Under the pieces are notes generated by a model. That model searched no databases. It had not been told where the DNA came from and was given only the letters and a program-made list of their open reading frames with translations. The translations under genes were made by a program, and so were the position numbers. Of a stretch of 13,489 bases of DNA, positions 1 to 9,521 are shown piece after piece (position 1 is the stretch's first letter; each line of letters starts with the position of its first letter). The DNA is from Octopus sinensis. Its lineage: Eukaryota. The stretch covers positions 1-13,489 of the forward strand of contig NW_021826144.1 in assembly GCF_006345805.1 (NCBI RefSeq), in the 5' to 3' direction.

Positions 1-215
1 TCAGTTTTTTCCATTTTAATGCATTTTTTCGCTATTAAATAAGGGAAGTAACTCTCTAAAAATGTCTACGATGAGTCAACGATTAGAAAAAATTTACCAT
101 CATTTTTTTTCCATTTTTAATGCATTTTTTGGCTATTTTTTGGCTATAACTCTCTAAAAATGCTTATATAGTTATTTCCCTTACAAACCCGAGCAACGCC
201 GGGCGATACTGCTAG
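1..215 (+). mobile_element. 3' end of a non-autonomous Helitron (5' part outside window)
   Basis: Hairpin CCCGAGCAACGCCGGG (188-203), then CTAG (212-215) and T, the canonical Helitron 3' terminus. Bases 183-216 match 12637-12670 at 33/34 nt. Imperfect internal ~98-bp subrepeat (ca. 5-64 vs 104-162). Confidence 0.8.
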
Positions 216-277
216 TCTCTAATAAGAACGTCTTCAGGTCATCTACAAAAAACGTTCCATACAGGTAAACAGATAGA

Positions 278-357
278 TATAGGTCTGAACAGGGGATAAG
301 GATCCAGCAATATCTCGTATAGACCTGAACAGGAGATAGGGGTCCAGCAATATGTGG
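278..357. repeat. imperfect 2x40-bp tandem duplication
   Basis: TATAGGTCTGAACAGGGGATAAGGATCCAGCAATAT (from 278) vs TATAGACCTGAACAGGAGATAGGGGTCCAGCAATAT (from 318). Confidence 0.75.
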
Positions 358-825
358 TGCTGCGAGAGTTCCTCAGGAAGCTTTACTACGGCGATGAAAT
401 TTTGCTTTGTGACAAGATATACAATTAGTAACTCACTGACGAAAACACTCGGGTCATATTTGGCCAAATGAGACGAGGTGAAATAAGTTTTGCCGATGCT
501 GCAACAACTGACTGAGATAAATTGTGAAGCGCAGAAAAACTGAGCGTCTGTGTCTAACAAGCAGAGAAAGAAGATCGTTTATTACCAGTAGAAATATCAC
601 ACCAAATGTGCATCGTAAGAGCAGGCAGAGGAACAAGACAAAAGTCTAAAGAAGATAACAACACAGATTTTTTTTTGTAGTTCGTTTTTTTGTTTTTTTT
701 AATTGCAATGGTTCATGATACGACTTTTCATTTATAGGCATTTTACCAACTGAATAGAGACATTAGAATGTAGAGAATTCTCTAGAACTTGGAGTACACC
801 ATCAGTACGCCCGTAATACAGCCCT

Positions 826-830
826 GTATG

Positions 831-865
<35 letters not shown>

Positions 866-868
866 TGA
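826..868. repeat. (TA)n-(GA)n microsatellite
   Basis: Seen directly. Confidence 0.95.
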
Positions 869-972
869 GATTTAGTTGAATATGGTACTTAAGTTAAAGG
901 GACCACAATTTAGTATGGTATTATCTATATAATTCAAAATGGGGTGATTACAATCAAAATAAGTTTATTTTG

Positions 973-974
<2 letters not shown>

Positions 975-1054
<80 letters not shown>

Positions 1055-1208
1055 AGATACACACACATATATAATATATATATATATGTATGTATATATA
1101 TATACATATATGTATATGTGTGCATGTATATATATATGTGTGTGTGCGTGCGGGCGTATGTATGTATGTGTGTATGTGTGTGCGTGCGTGCGTGCGTGTG
1201 TGTATATA
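975..1208. repeat. compound (TA)n/(GA)n/(TG)n/(CGTG)n microsatellite
   Basis: Seen directly. Explains the spurious IYIY/SLSL/HTHT ORFs. Confidence 0.95.
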
Positions 1209-2080
1209 CAGGATGCTGTGAATATATTGTCGTCTAAATTACGCATAAATGAAAATAACATTCACATCTCATTTTCACAGATGTATTTACCAAAATTACA
1301 TAAGAATATCTTGAAATACTTAAAGAGCAAATTTATTCAATAAAATCGCCATTGGCTTCAACCACAGCCCCCAGACGACTTCGGAATCTTATGAAACTCT
1401 TCTGAACGGTCTCCCGGTTTAAGTTGGTGAATGCTGTTATAATCCTTGGTTTCAGTTTATCTTTGGTGTTACAAGGAGTTTTCTTGGTCTCCTGCTCAAC
1501 TGCGCCCCACACATAATAATCAAGGGGGTTACAGTCTGGGGAGTTAGGTGGCCAGATGTTAGAGATGCGGTTGCAAAAATTGTCTGACAGCCATGACTGG
1601 GTTCTCCTGCTTGTGTGACATGGTTCAGAGTCCTGTTGCCAGACATAGGGCCTTCCAGCAGTCACCTTCTTGACCCAAGGCAGCACTACTTCCTCCAGGC
1701 CTTTGATGTAGGCTTCCGTGTTGAGTGTGAGTCCGTGTGGGAAGATGAATGTAGACATGACGTGGCCATCACTAGTGATCACTCTAAACACCATGATATT
1801 GACTGGATGTTTGATTTTTATCACTCTCCGTACATGTTCTCAAAATGCACTGTCCTCAGAGTGACACTCAAACACTCTGAAATGTTGGTATTGTAGCTTC
1901 CAGTGCAGCATGTCGCTTCCAAATTTCTGTCGGAGTGAACTGCGTCATTGTGCTATTTTTCTCACAGACGGTGCCCAACTGACCCTACGATACTTTGTAG
2001 TCGACAAAATTAAAACCAAACGATGCACATGCGTGAAATTATATATATAAAAAGGTTGAAAATTTACCCATCACGCCCTG
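1209..2080 (-). mobile_element. Tc1/mariner-superfamily DNA transposon, maT (DD37D)-like, internally deleted
   Basis: TA at 1207-1208 and 2081-2082 flank degenerate terminal inverted repeats (CAGGATGCTGTGAATATATT vs reverse-complement CAGGGCGTGATGGGTAAATT) around a transposase remnant. Confidence 0.8.
1333..1948 (-). pseudogene. DDD transposase pseudogene (short N-terminus fused to C-terminal catalytic half)
   Basis: ORF 1333-1824 has WQQDSEPCH and WPPNSPDCNPLDYYVWG motifs, with 36 residues between the 2nd and 3rd Asp. Probable start ATG at 1948 (MTQFTPTEIWKRHAAL, then frameshifted GSYNTNISECLSVTLRTV, HTH-like). The first catalytic Asp region is absent. Confidence 0.88.
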
Positions 2081-2233
2081 TATGTATGTATGTATGTATG
2101 TATGAATGAATGTATGAATGAATGAATGTATGTATGTATGCATGTATGTATGTATGTATGTATGTATGTATGTATGTATGTGTGTGTGTGTGTATGTAGG
2201 TGCGTGTGTGTGTGTGTTATATATATATAGCAC

Positions 2234-2290
<57 letters not shown>
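2081..2290. repeat. (TATG)n/(GAAT)n/(TG)n/(TA)n compound microsatellite
   Basis: Seen directly. Confidence 0.95.
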
Positions 2291-2297
<7 letters not shown>

Positions 2298-2427
2298 GAA
2301 AAATACAAACTGGGACAAGAACGTAAAACATTTAGAAGACGATACAAAAAACACGGACGGGATATTCGAAGCCTTCAATCTTCAGTCAAGAACCGGATCA
2401 TCCTAGCAATTTCGGCTGATTAATTTG

Positions 2428-2514
2428 ATATATATATACACACACATATACATATATATATATACATATGTGTGTGTGTGTATGTGTGTGTGTGTGTATG
2501 TGTGTGTGTGTTTG

Positions 2515-2551
<37 letters not shown>

Positions 2552-2692
2552 ATACATCAATAATAAATCTAGCAATGAATCGATTAATCAAATAGATAGA
2601 TAGATAGATAGATAGATAGCCCATATACATTTCTAAATTATATGTAGGCATAATTCATAAAACCCAATTAATGCTACAAGTTAAGTGAATTC

Positions 2693-2762
<70 letters not shown>
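2428..2762. repeat. microsatellite cluster: (TA)/(TG) 2428-2548, (GATA) ~2593-2618, pure (GT)n ~2697-2762
   Basis: Seen directly. Confidence 0.9.
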
Positions 2763-2764
<2 letters not shown>

Positions 2765-2979
2765 AAAGTACAAACTGAAATTTTTGTTATAATAGAACGT
2801 GTAAAACGTTGTAAATGCTTACTTTCTAAGTTTATCATCAAGACATTATATCTTGATAGACATTGCAAATCGCTAAAATTGACCCAGTTCTTGACTGCAG
2901 TCAAATATTTTATTTTTAAATATAGAACAATAAGAATCACCAAACCACCATTCCTCGATTTTTTTTAAGTAAAAGAATA

Positions 2980-3147
2980 TGGAAGCACTCCGTCGGTTAC
3001 GACGACGAGGGTTCCGGTTGATCCGATCAACGGAACAGCCTGCTCGTGAAATTAACGCGTAAGTGGCTGAGCACTCCACAGACACGTGTACCCTTAACGT
3101 AGTTAACGTAGTCCGCTGCCCTAACCACTGGGCCATTGCGCCTCCAC
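2980..3147 (-). mobile_element. tRNA-derived SINE (family C), internally deleted
   Basis: Minus strand begins GTGGAGGCGCAATGGCCCAGTGGTTAGGGCAGCGGACT (tRNA-like, A box). No B box. Exact 12-bp TSD AGTAAAAGAATA at 2968-2979 and 3148-3159. Confidence 0.8.
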
Positions 3148-3294
3148 AGTAAAAGAATAAACGAGTATGGCAAAGCATTTCATAAGGCCTTTGTAATAAT
3201 TCTGCTAATTCACAATCAATTGACATCATTCATTAGTGGCGGATGTTATAGTGAATGGTTTCGATAGCAAAGCTAATCATCAGACTAAATTACC

Positions 3295-3629
3295 TTTTAA
3301 CTTTTTACCGTTTTCTTGTTGAAGTCATTGGACTGCGGGAATGCTGGGGCACCATCTTGAAGGATTTTAGTCGAACAAATCGGCCCCTGCCCCAATACTT
3401 TCTTTCTCTCTTTACTCTTTTACTCTTTTACTTGTTTCAGTCATTTGACTGCGGCCATGCTGGAGCACCGCCTTTAGTCGAGCAAATCGATCCCGGGACT
3501 TATTCTTTGTAAGCCCAGTACTTATTCTATCGGTCTCTTTTGCCGAACCGCTAAGTGACGGGGACGTAAACACACCAGCATCGGTTGTCAAGCAATGCTA
3601 GAGGGACAAACACAGACACACAAACATAT

Positions 3630-3662
<33 letters not shown>

Positions 3663-3907
3663 AATACATATATACGACAGGCTTCTTTCAGTTTCCGTCT
3701 ACCAAATCCACTCACAAGGTTTTGGTCGGTCCGAGGCTATAGCAGAAGTCACTTGCCCAAGATGCCACGCAGTCTCTCTCTCTTTTTTTTTTTTGAAAAT
3801 CTGGTATTCCTTCTATCGGTCAATTTTGTTGAACCGCCAAATTAAAGGCATTTAAACAAACTAACACCGGTCGTCAAGAAGTAGGGGAGGTGCGTGCGGA
3901 CGCACAC
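3295..3907 (-). mobile_element. old diverged family-A-related SINE 3' half, split by a younger copy (pieces ~3295-3405 and ~3774-3907)
   Basis: AGTCATTGGACTGCGGGAATGCTGGGGCACC...TTTAGTCGAACAAATCG and TTCTATCGGTC...GAACCGCCAA...CGGTCGTCAAG are colinear, diverged matches to the family A body. Confidence 0.7.
3406..3773 (-). mobile_element. family A SINE, 5'-truncated (tRNA head missing)
   Basis: Near-identical to 9682-10033. Tail of (GAGTAAAA)n units on the minus strand. Homology ends at ...GATGCCACGCAGT (3773). Confidence 0.9.
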
Positions 3908-3908
3908 T

Positions 3909-4033
3909 TTATATATATATACATATACATATATATATATATATTATATATATATATATAATATATATACATATACATATAGATATACATATATATACAT
4001 ATTATAACATATACATATATATATATTATACAT

Positions 4034-4070
<37 letters not shown>
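3909..4070. repeat. degenerate (TA)n/(CATATA)n tract
   Basis: Seen directly. Confidence 0.9.
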
Positions 4071-4072
<2 letters not shown>

Positions 4073-4111
4073 AGCATTAAAGACCCGTCGTTGCCGGATC
4101 ATAGTGCTAGT
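4071..4111 (-). mobile_element. probable Helitron 3' terminus
   Basis: Minus strand reads GATCCGGCAACGACGGGTCTTTAATGCTAG|T: a GCAACG-loop hairpin plus CTAG, like the termini ending at 215 and 12669. Confidence 0.6.
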
Positions 4112-4545
4112 GCATGTATATATGTGTATATATATGTGCATCTATATATATACATCTACACGTAAAATGCAAAATACAAACATATATCTTGATATCGCTA
4201 GTGATAACAATACTCAAAATATATAACAGACTGGAATTGTTAGTCCATCTCTTGCAATTTCAATCAATTGTATCTTGTCCTCCCTCTTGTATAGAAGTGT
4301 GGCTACAATCCAGCCTACCTCTACTTCGGGGGGGGGGGGGCATTTTAAATTTTTTTCCGGGACGTCCTACGTCCCAGATATAAAGGTAAAAATAAAATAT
4401 TTCCACTTTGCAAGTCGGAGTCGAGTACTCCCTTGCACGCTCCGTTGACTCGAACCTTGCTTCTATTGTGGCGAATTTACCGCCTCTGATTAGATATCTT
4501 TCATAGTCCCACCAAGACACTTTTCGAAGGTGCTTTCCTCCATGT

Positions 4546-6337
4546 AATTTTATTACTACCCACAAGGGGCGAACATAGATGGGACAGTACAGTCGGGGAA
4601 CTTAAAATAAGAAAGCGAATGACAAGAAAAGGAAAAAATAAAAGTAAAAAATGACATATGAAAGAATATTTACAATGAGATGTAAATGCCCACTCGATCC
4701 CCGGAATCGAGAGGTTACATTTTCGTCACATATATTTCACAAAATTTTCTTTTTTTTTTTTTTTCTTCTTTCTTCTCTCTCTTCTCACAATTCTATACGT
4801 ATTCCATAATAGCTTTCAATTCTCTAAAGTCAATCACTGAGCCCTCAGGCAGCCGCTCTCTCACTCGAACACTCGTGTAAAATATTACACTCTCTCCGGC
4901 AGCTCTGAGGAACTCAGCGACTCTTTCTTCGGGGATTAGAGCAGTCTCCTGCCACTGATCGGTCATCCTGTTGACCCATATATGTCCCTCCGTATTACAT
5001 GTCAAGTCTTTCATTTCGGGCAGAAATGGAAGGTTATTAACTTGTAGTAGCAGTAATCTTGTTTCCGTCCTACGTTTTCCCTCGTTTTCTTTTCGGGCTT
5101 ATTTTCTTCTCTTCCTTGTTCTCCTCTCTTTGTTTCTCTCTTTCTCTCTTTTTTTGCCTTCTTTTCTTTCTTCTTCCTTCTCTTGTTTTTTGGTTCTTTG
5201 TCTGTTCTCTCTTTTCTTCTCGTTTTATGTTCCTTTTCTTTTTCTTTTTTGTGTGCCGTCTTTTCTTTTCGTTTGATTCTGATCTTTCTCTTGTTTTTTT
5301 CCTGTTGGTTCTTTTTTCCTTTTTTTTTTTTTTTTCCTGACTCTTTTTGGTTCTATTTCTTTCTTTTCTTTTATTTCTTTTTCCTTCATTGACTTATTAT
5401 TTCCTTTCTCTTGTTGTTTTGTTTCCTTTTCTATGTTTTTCTTTTTATTTACCGTATTCTTCTTTTCTTCAAGTTCCTGCTCGCACTCCGCTACGAATTC
5501 GTATAACGGGCACTCTTTTTTAATGTGCCCCCTTGTCCCGCACAAGTAGCAGTTTGGCTTTCTTCCCTCTACAATTACACTGAGGTTTTTCTCATCTTCA
5601 ATTTCTATTCTGTAGGGGAACCTTTCAATGTCCTCTTTTGTGGCCATCAAACACAGTTCTACCCCATATCCTCTCCAGTTTACCGCGTTGGACTCCTTAA
5701 AGGATTCCACCTCCACTTCCTCTTCTGCTGCTCCTAGAATAGCTGTTGCCAGCCATTCTGTTTTCACTTCTGGGGGTATATTCGGGATTTTAACCCGGAC
5801 CCCTCTTCTTCCTTTTATGAGGGCCACATTATAAATGTTTCCGCTCTTAGTACAGTGGTAGCCAGTGAGGCTGCAATTTCTTCCGTTGCACATCTCACCT
5901 CCACCGTACCAAATTTCTTTCCTCTACTCACGTAGGTCGATTTCCCCATTATGTCTCCCAGACATTTTTCGATTTCGGCTATCTCCACTCTTGCCAGTTT
6001 CTTCGTATTTTTGTCTTGGGTTCTATATGTCACTGTCTTGTTTTCTTTGTCCTCTTTTGCTTTCGCGGGGGGATTAGCTTCACGCTATCACCCTCCCTTT
6101 GAATAGCTTTTCATATTCTTTGAGTTTACTTTTCTCAAAGAAAACATCCTTCACGATTATCGACGAATCATTATTTTTCTTTCCCGTGACCCCCGCGTAA
6201 GTCGCCATGACTAGAGGGTCAATTCACCTTCTTCGGAAGGTTTCCACACGTGGAGGCAAACGCCTCGCTGCGATATTAATCACTTTACACAACAAAATTT
6301 CAACGTCTAATCACAGATAACAACACACTTGGGTAAA
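4546..6337 (-). mobile_element. ORF1-only non-LTR retroelement of L1/Tx1 type (non-autonomous, HAL1-like)
   Basis: Degraded ORF1 with a CCHC knuckle, followed within ~250 bp by the same 3' terminal motif as the LINE at 6429. Candidate TSD TTTCCTC(C/G)ATGT at 4534-4545 and 6338-6349 (11/12 match). Confidence 0.72.
4793..6208 (-). pseudogene. LINE ORF1 (gag-like nucleic-acid-binding protein), frameshifted
   Basis: Start MATYAGVTGKK at 6208. Consecutive minus-strand ORF pieces 5815-6033, 5225-5893 (CYLCGTRGHIKKEC = CX2CX4HX4C, then a K/E-rich tract) and 4793-5014. Several frameshifts and stops. Confidence 0.8.
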
Positions 6338-6428
6338 TTTCCTCGATGTGTTCGAATCTTTTTTCTCTACATTGTATACTTTATAGACAATAGTCTTTTC
6401 TTTAATTTAATTTTTTATTATCCATCTG

Positions 6429-7800
6429 TGTTTTATTATTACCCACAAGGGGCAGACAAAGAGGGGACAATACAACCTGATGTGGGGTCAGATTCTCGGA
6501 TGGGGTTACAAAAAGGATGAGATTAAAAATTCAAAATTTCACAAAAATGCAAAAATTATAAAATCGAATGAAAAAACAGACCGGAAGACATTACAGGTGG
6601 AGTGGGGGCGGGTTCAGCTCGGACCCCGACCCCACGAGCCCCGCCTCACCACTGATACTTTTGGTTTCGTTCTGATTTACATTTATGTGTGTCATTCTTC
6701 CAACTTCCGTGCTACTCCTTCCATCGTTCTTCATACACTCTTTTAGTCAGGCATTTTCTCTCCAGCCCTATCTTCCTTTTCAGGTGGTAGATGAAGTAAT
6801 TCATCAACCCAGGGCCGGATATGAACTTGCCTGACCGTATACCTTTCATTCTCGTCTTCCATATCACCTCTTTCGCAATTGCTACCACAACGAGAAAACA
6901 AATTCTTACCTTCTTTCGCGAGGAAATCTGGTGGGTCAATTTTTTTAATACACTCAGTCGACAGCTGTACTCTTCGTGTGCTTGACAACAGCTGTTCGGC
7001 ATAAACCCACCCTCAGACACGACCGACAATGAACAATAGCGTGCGGGACGGTTTCCCTATCCCGCCCGCATCTTGGACACATCGGACTGTCTTGGCCACC
7101 GTGCCTTGCGAGTTTATCCCGAACAGGTAGAGCTCCTCTGTAGCATTGCCATGCCAGAGACTTCTGGAAGTTGTCCAGTGTCTTCGGCTCGAACGTACGT
7201 CGGAACAGACTGGCCAGCTGATTATCGTCGAGACCCAGGGTTTCCCCCAAGGTGTCCTTCACATTTCGCCTCTACCAACCCTCTATAGAAGAATGTGGTG
7301 GAACCCCCCACCGCAGCGTTGCCCGAGCGACGGAATAGCAGGAGAGCCTTGCGACACTCCGTATACCATGTGCCCAGTTTCGATTTACGATTCAACCAGG
7401 TTTCCCATCCACCGAAACAAGTGAACTTGGGACATCCGTTCTACTAGCGAAGACCACACCCGTTCACCATCCAGGTAGAGCCACAGATGTCTTAACCTCA
7501 GCGCATGTTTGCGCATCATCAGCCGCATCATCCATAGCCCAGCCCACATCATAGCCCACCCTTTAACGGTTGTTGACAGCAAGTAGAGCGTTTCACAAGT
7601 GTTTTCCCGCCCTTCCACAAGAAGTAGAAGAGCTGTCTTTCCAACTTGGTCAACCACGAATCAGGGCATGGAACGACGGAAAGGCGGTAGGTGATAACCG
7701 ATGCGATAAACACATTGGCCACCTCCGCCCTCCCTTTCAGGGATAGCCACCGCCAAGACCAGGTCTTGGCTACTGCAGCCACCCTGCTCGTTACCTCGCC
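6429..7800 (-). mobile_element. 5'-truncated L1/Tx1-clade LINE
   Basis: Perfect 20-bp TSD AATTTTTTATTATCCATCTG at 6409-6428 and 7801-7820. Contains the ORF2 C-terminus and a 3' UTR ending GCCCCTTGTGGGTAATAATAAAA. Confidence 0.92.
6712..7800 (-). pseudogene. LINE ORF2 C-terminal region (post-RT thumb region and zf-RVT-like Cys motif), frameshifted
   Basis: WSWRWLSLKGRAEVAN...FLWKG...QPLKGGL, then LAWQCYRGALPV...CPRCGRDRETVPHAIVHC, then AKEVIWKTR. These motifs are typical of L1/Tx1 ORF2. Confidence 0.9.
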
Positions 7801-8099
7801 AATTTTTTATTATCCATCTGGACTACTCCATATCTGCACGCTAATTTTATTTTTAATTTATTCCCATTCATGTGAAACCACTTATTCAAGTTCAAGTCAT
7901 TCATGCAATTTTATACCAATTGCTATTTTTACTTTTGTTATGTTACGATTATATTATACTTTAGTTTGATTTTAATTATTACTTACTACATATAATTCAA
8001 TTGTTATTATTTTTATTGTTAAAATAGAGACATAAAATAGAGAAATATTTTTGTTTCACTTTTAACACGTAATACTGAAATTGTGGAGAAGATATGATA

Positions 8100-8245
8100 T
8101 TGCTATGGGCTCGCTCTAGGCAAGAAGTTGAACATTTTATTTTGCCTATGAAACTGCATGGACCCTAAGTAAGGCATGTGTAAAATTTGAATGAAATTAG
8201 TTGTGTAGTTCTCAAGTTTTAGGGAAATACACAGACAGACAGACA

Positions 8246-8286
<41 letters not shown>

Positions 8287-8353
8287 ACAGACAGGCAGAC
8301 AGACAGACAGACAGACAGACGGACACACTTTCTCAGTTTTATATTTATAAAGA
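8100..8353 (-). mobile_element. 5' end of a non-autonomous Helitron with internal (CTGT/CTGC)n tract; left boundary uncertain
   Basis: Minus strand reads A|TCTTTATAAATATAAAACTGAGAAAGTGTGTCCGTCTGTCTG...AACTACACAACTAATTTCATTCAAATTTTACAC. TC start after A, with the same layout as the start at 12284. Confidence 0.65.
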
Positions 8354-8364
8354 TATATATACGG

Positions 8365-8472
8365 AGATGTAGTTGCATAGCGAGTGACTTGATCTGAGAT
8401 CGTGTGCTGGAACGAAAACAATTGCAGCATGGAAGGTGGAAGATTACATTCACCCCAGCGTGGAAGGTGGAA
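8365..8472 (-). repeat. alternative 3' segment joined to the SINE B array, with a 31-bp tandem duplication at the junction
   Basis: TGGAAGGTGGAAGATTACAT occurs at 8430 and 8461. Sequence to the left of 8473 departs from the 184-bp unit. Confidence 0.5.
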
Positions 8473-9003
8473 GATTACATCGACCCCAGTGCGTAACTGG
8501 TACTTAATTTATCGACCCCGAAAGGATGGAAGGCAAAGTCGACCTCGGCGGAATTTGAACTCAGAACGTAGCGGCAGACGAAGTACCTATTTCTTTACTA
8601 CCCACAAAGGGCTAAACACAGAGGGGACAAACAAGGACAGACAAATAGATTAAGTCGATTACATCGACCCCAGTGCGTAACTGGTACTTAATTTATCGAC
8701 CCCGAAAGGATGAAAGGCAAAGTCGACCTCGGCGGAATTTGAACTCAGAACGTAGCGGCAGACGAAGTACCTATTTCTTTACTACCCACAAGGGGCTAAA
8801 CACAGAAGGGGAAAACAAGGACAGACAAATAGATTAACTCGATTACATCGACCCCAGTGCGTAACTGGTACTTAATTTATCGACCCCGAAAAGATGAAAG
8901 GCGAAGTTGACCTCGGCGGAATTTGAAATCAGAACGTAAAGACAGACGAAATACCGCTTAGCATTTCGCCCGGCGTGCTAACCTTTCTGCCAGCTCGCCA
9001 CCT
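8473..9003 (-). mobile_element. tRNA-derived SINE (family B) as a head-to-tail array with 184-bp period
   Basis: GATTACATCGACCCC at 8473, 8657 and 8841. Single head GGCGAGCTGGCAGAAAGGTTAGCAC (A-box-like) at the right end. B-box-like GAGTTCAAATTCC in each unit (one substitution in the head unit). Central GCCTTTCATCCTTTCGGGGTCGATAAATTAAGTACCAG resembles a conserved metazoan SINE central domain; exact superfamily not verified. Confidence 0.85.
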
Positions 9004-9062
9004 TGCCTTTACAAAATATTAGCTGACAATTTTTCTCATTGGAATTAATCAATTAAATCAAC

Positions 9063-9170
9063 AACAGTAATTTAACTTAACGAACCCGCAATGATGAAAA
9101 GATGGTTTGGTCGCGAAAGAATTTGAACTTATTACGTATACAGTCGTAGGTCATAATTAAATATCCGACT
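9063..9170 (-). mobile_element. old diverged family-B-like SINE fragment
   Basis: CGAACCCGCAATGATGAAAAG...GAATTTGAACTTATTACGTA is colinear with CGACCCCGAAAGGATGAAAGG...GAATTTGAACTCAGAACGTA. Confidence 0.55.
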
Positions 9171-9189
9171 TTATCAATACATTGACATC

Positions 9190-9453
9190 AAAAAAAAAAA
9201 TAAGAAGAAGAAGAAGAAGAAGAAGAAGAATAATGATAATAATAATATTTTTACTATAATAATAATAATTATAATATAATAATAATAATATTCTAATAAT
9301 AATAATAATAATAATAATAATGATAATAATAATAATTATAATAATAATTATATAATAATAATAATAATTATAATAATATAATAATATAATAATAATAATA
9401 ATAATATAATAATGATAATAATAATAATAATATAATATAATAATAATAATATT
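9190..9453. repeat. A-run, (AAG)n and degenerate (AAT)n microsatellite
   Basis: Seen directly. Confidence 0.95.
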
Positions 9454-9521
9454 ATGGAGTTTATTTGGATATCATTACTTGTACGGTATTGAATGATCTA
9501 TATATGGGTGTAGTGTGTCAT

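Noticed and set aside
243-640. ORFs 243-560 and 454-636, and a faint plus-strand resemblance to a piggyBac C-terminus (LREFLRKL...VC)
   Set aside because: Multiple stops, no intact Cys motif and no TTAA/TIR found. It would need a translated HMM search.
2355-2425. Minus-strand CTGAAGA...TTCGAAT as another hammerhead
   Set aside because: GAAT replaces GAAA and stems II/III do not close properly. It may be a degenerate Penelope-like remnant, but I cannot support that.
4328-4375. G13 run and perfect 7-bp hairpin GGGACGT-CCT-ACGTCCC
   Set aside because: Isolated and short, with no supporting context. It could be chance or internal to a repeat.
4971-5392. Plus-strand Phe/Leu/Ser-rich ORFs resembling membrane proteins
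   Set aside because: They are the antisense of the A/G-rich, K/E-coding tract of the minus-strand ORF1.
4546-7800. A single full-length LINE (ORF1 + ORF2)
   Set aside because: On the minus strand ORF2 lies upstream of ORF1, and each piece has its own 3' end and TSD, so these are two insertions.
8473-9003. Regularly spaced repeats as a possible CRISPR array or tRNA cluster
   Set aside because: The whole 184-bp unit repeats with no unique spacers, and no complete cloverleaf is evident. This is a SINE array.
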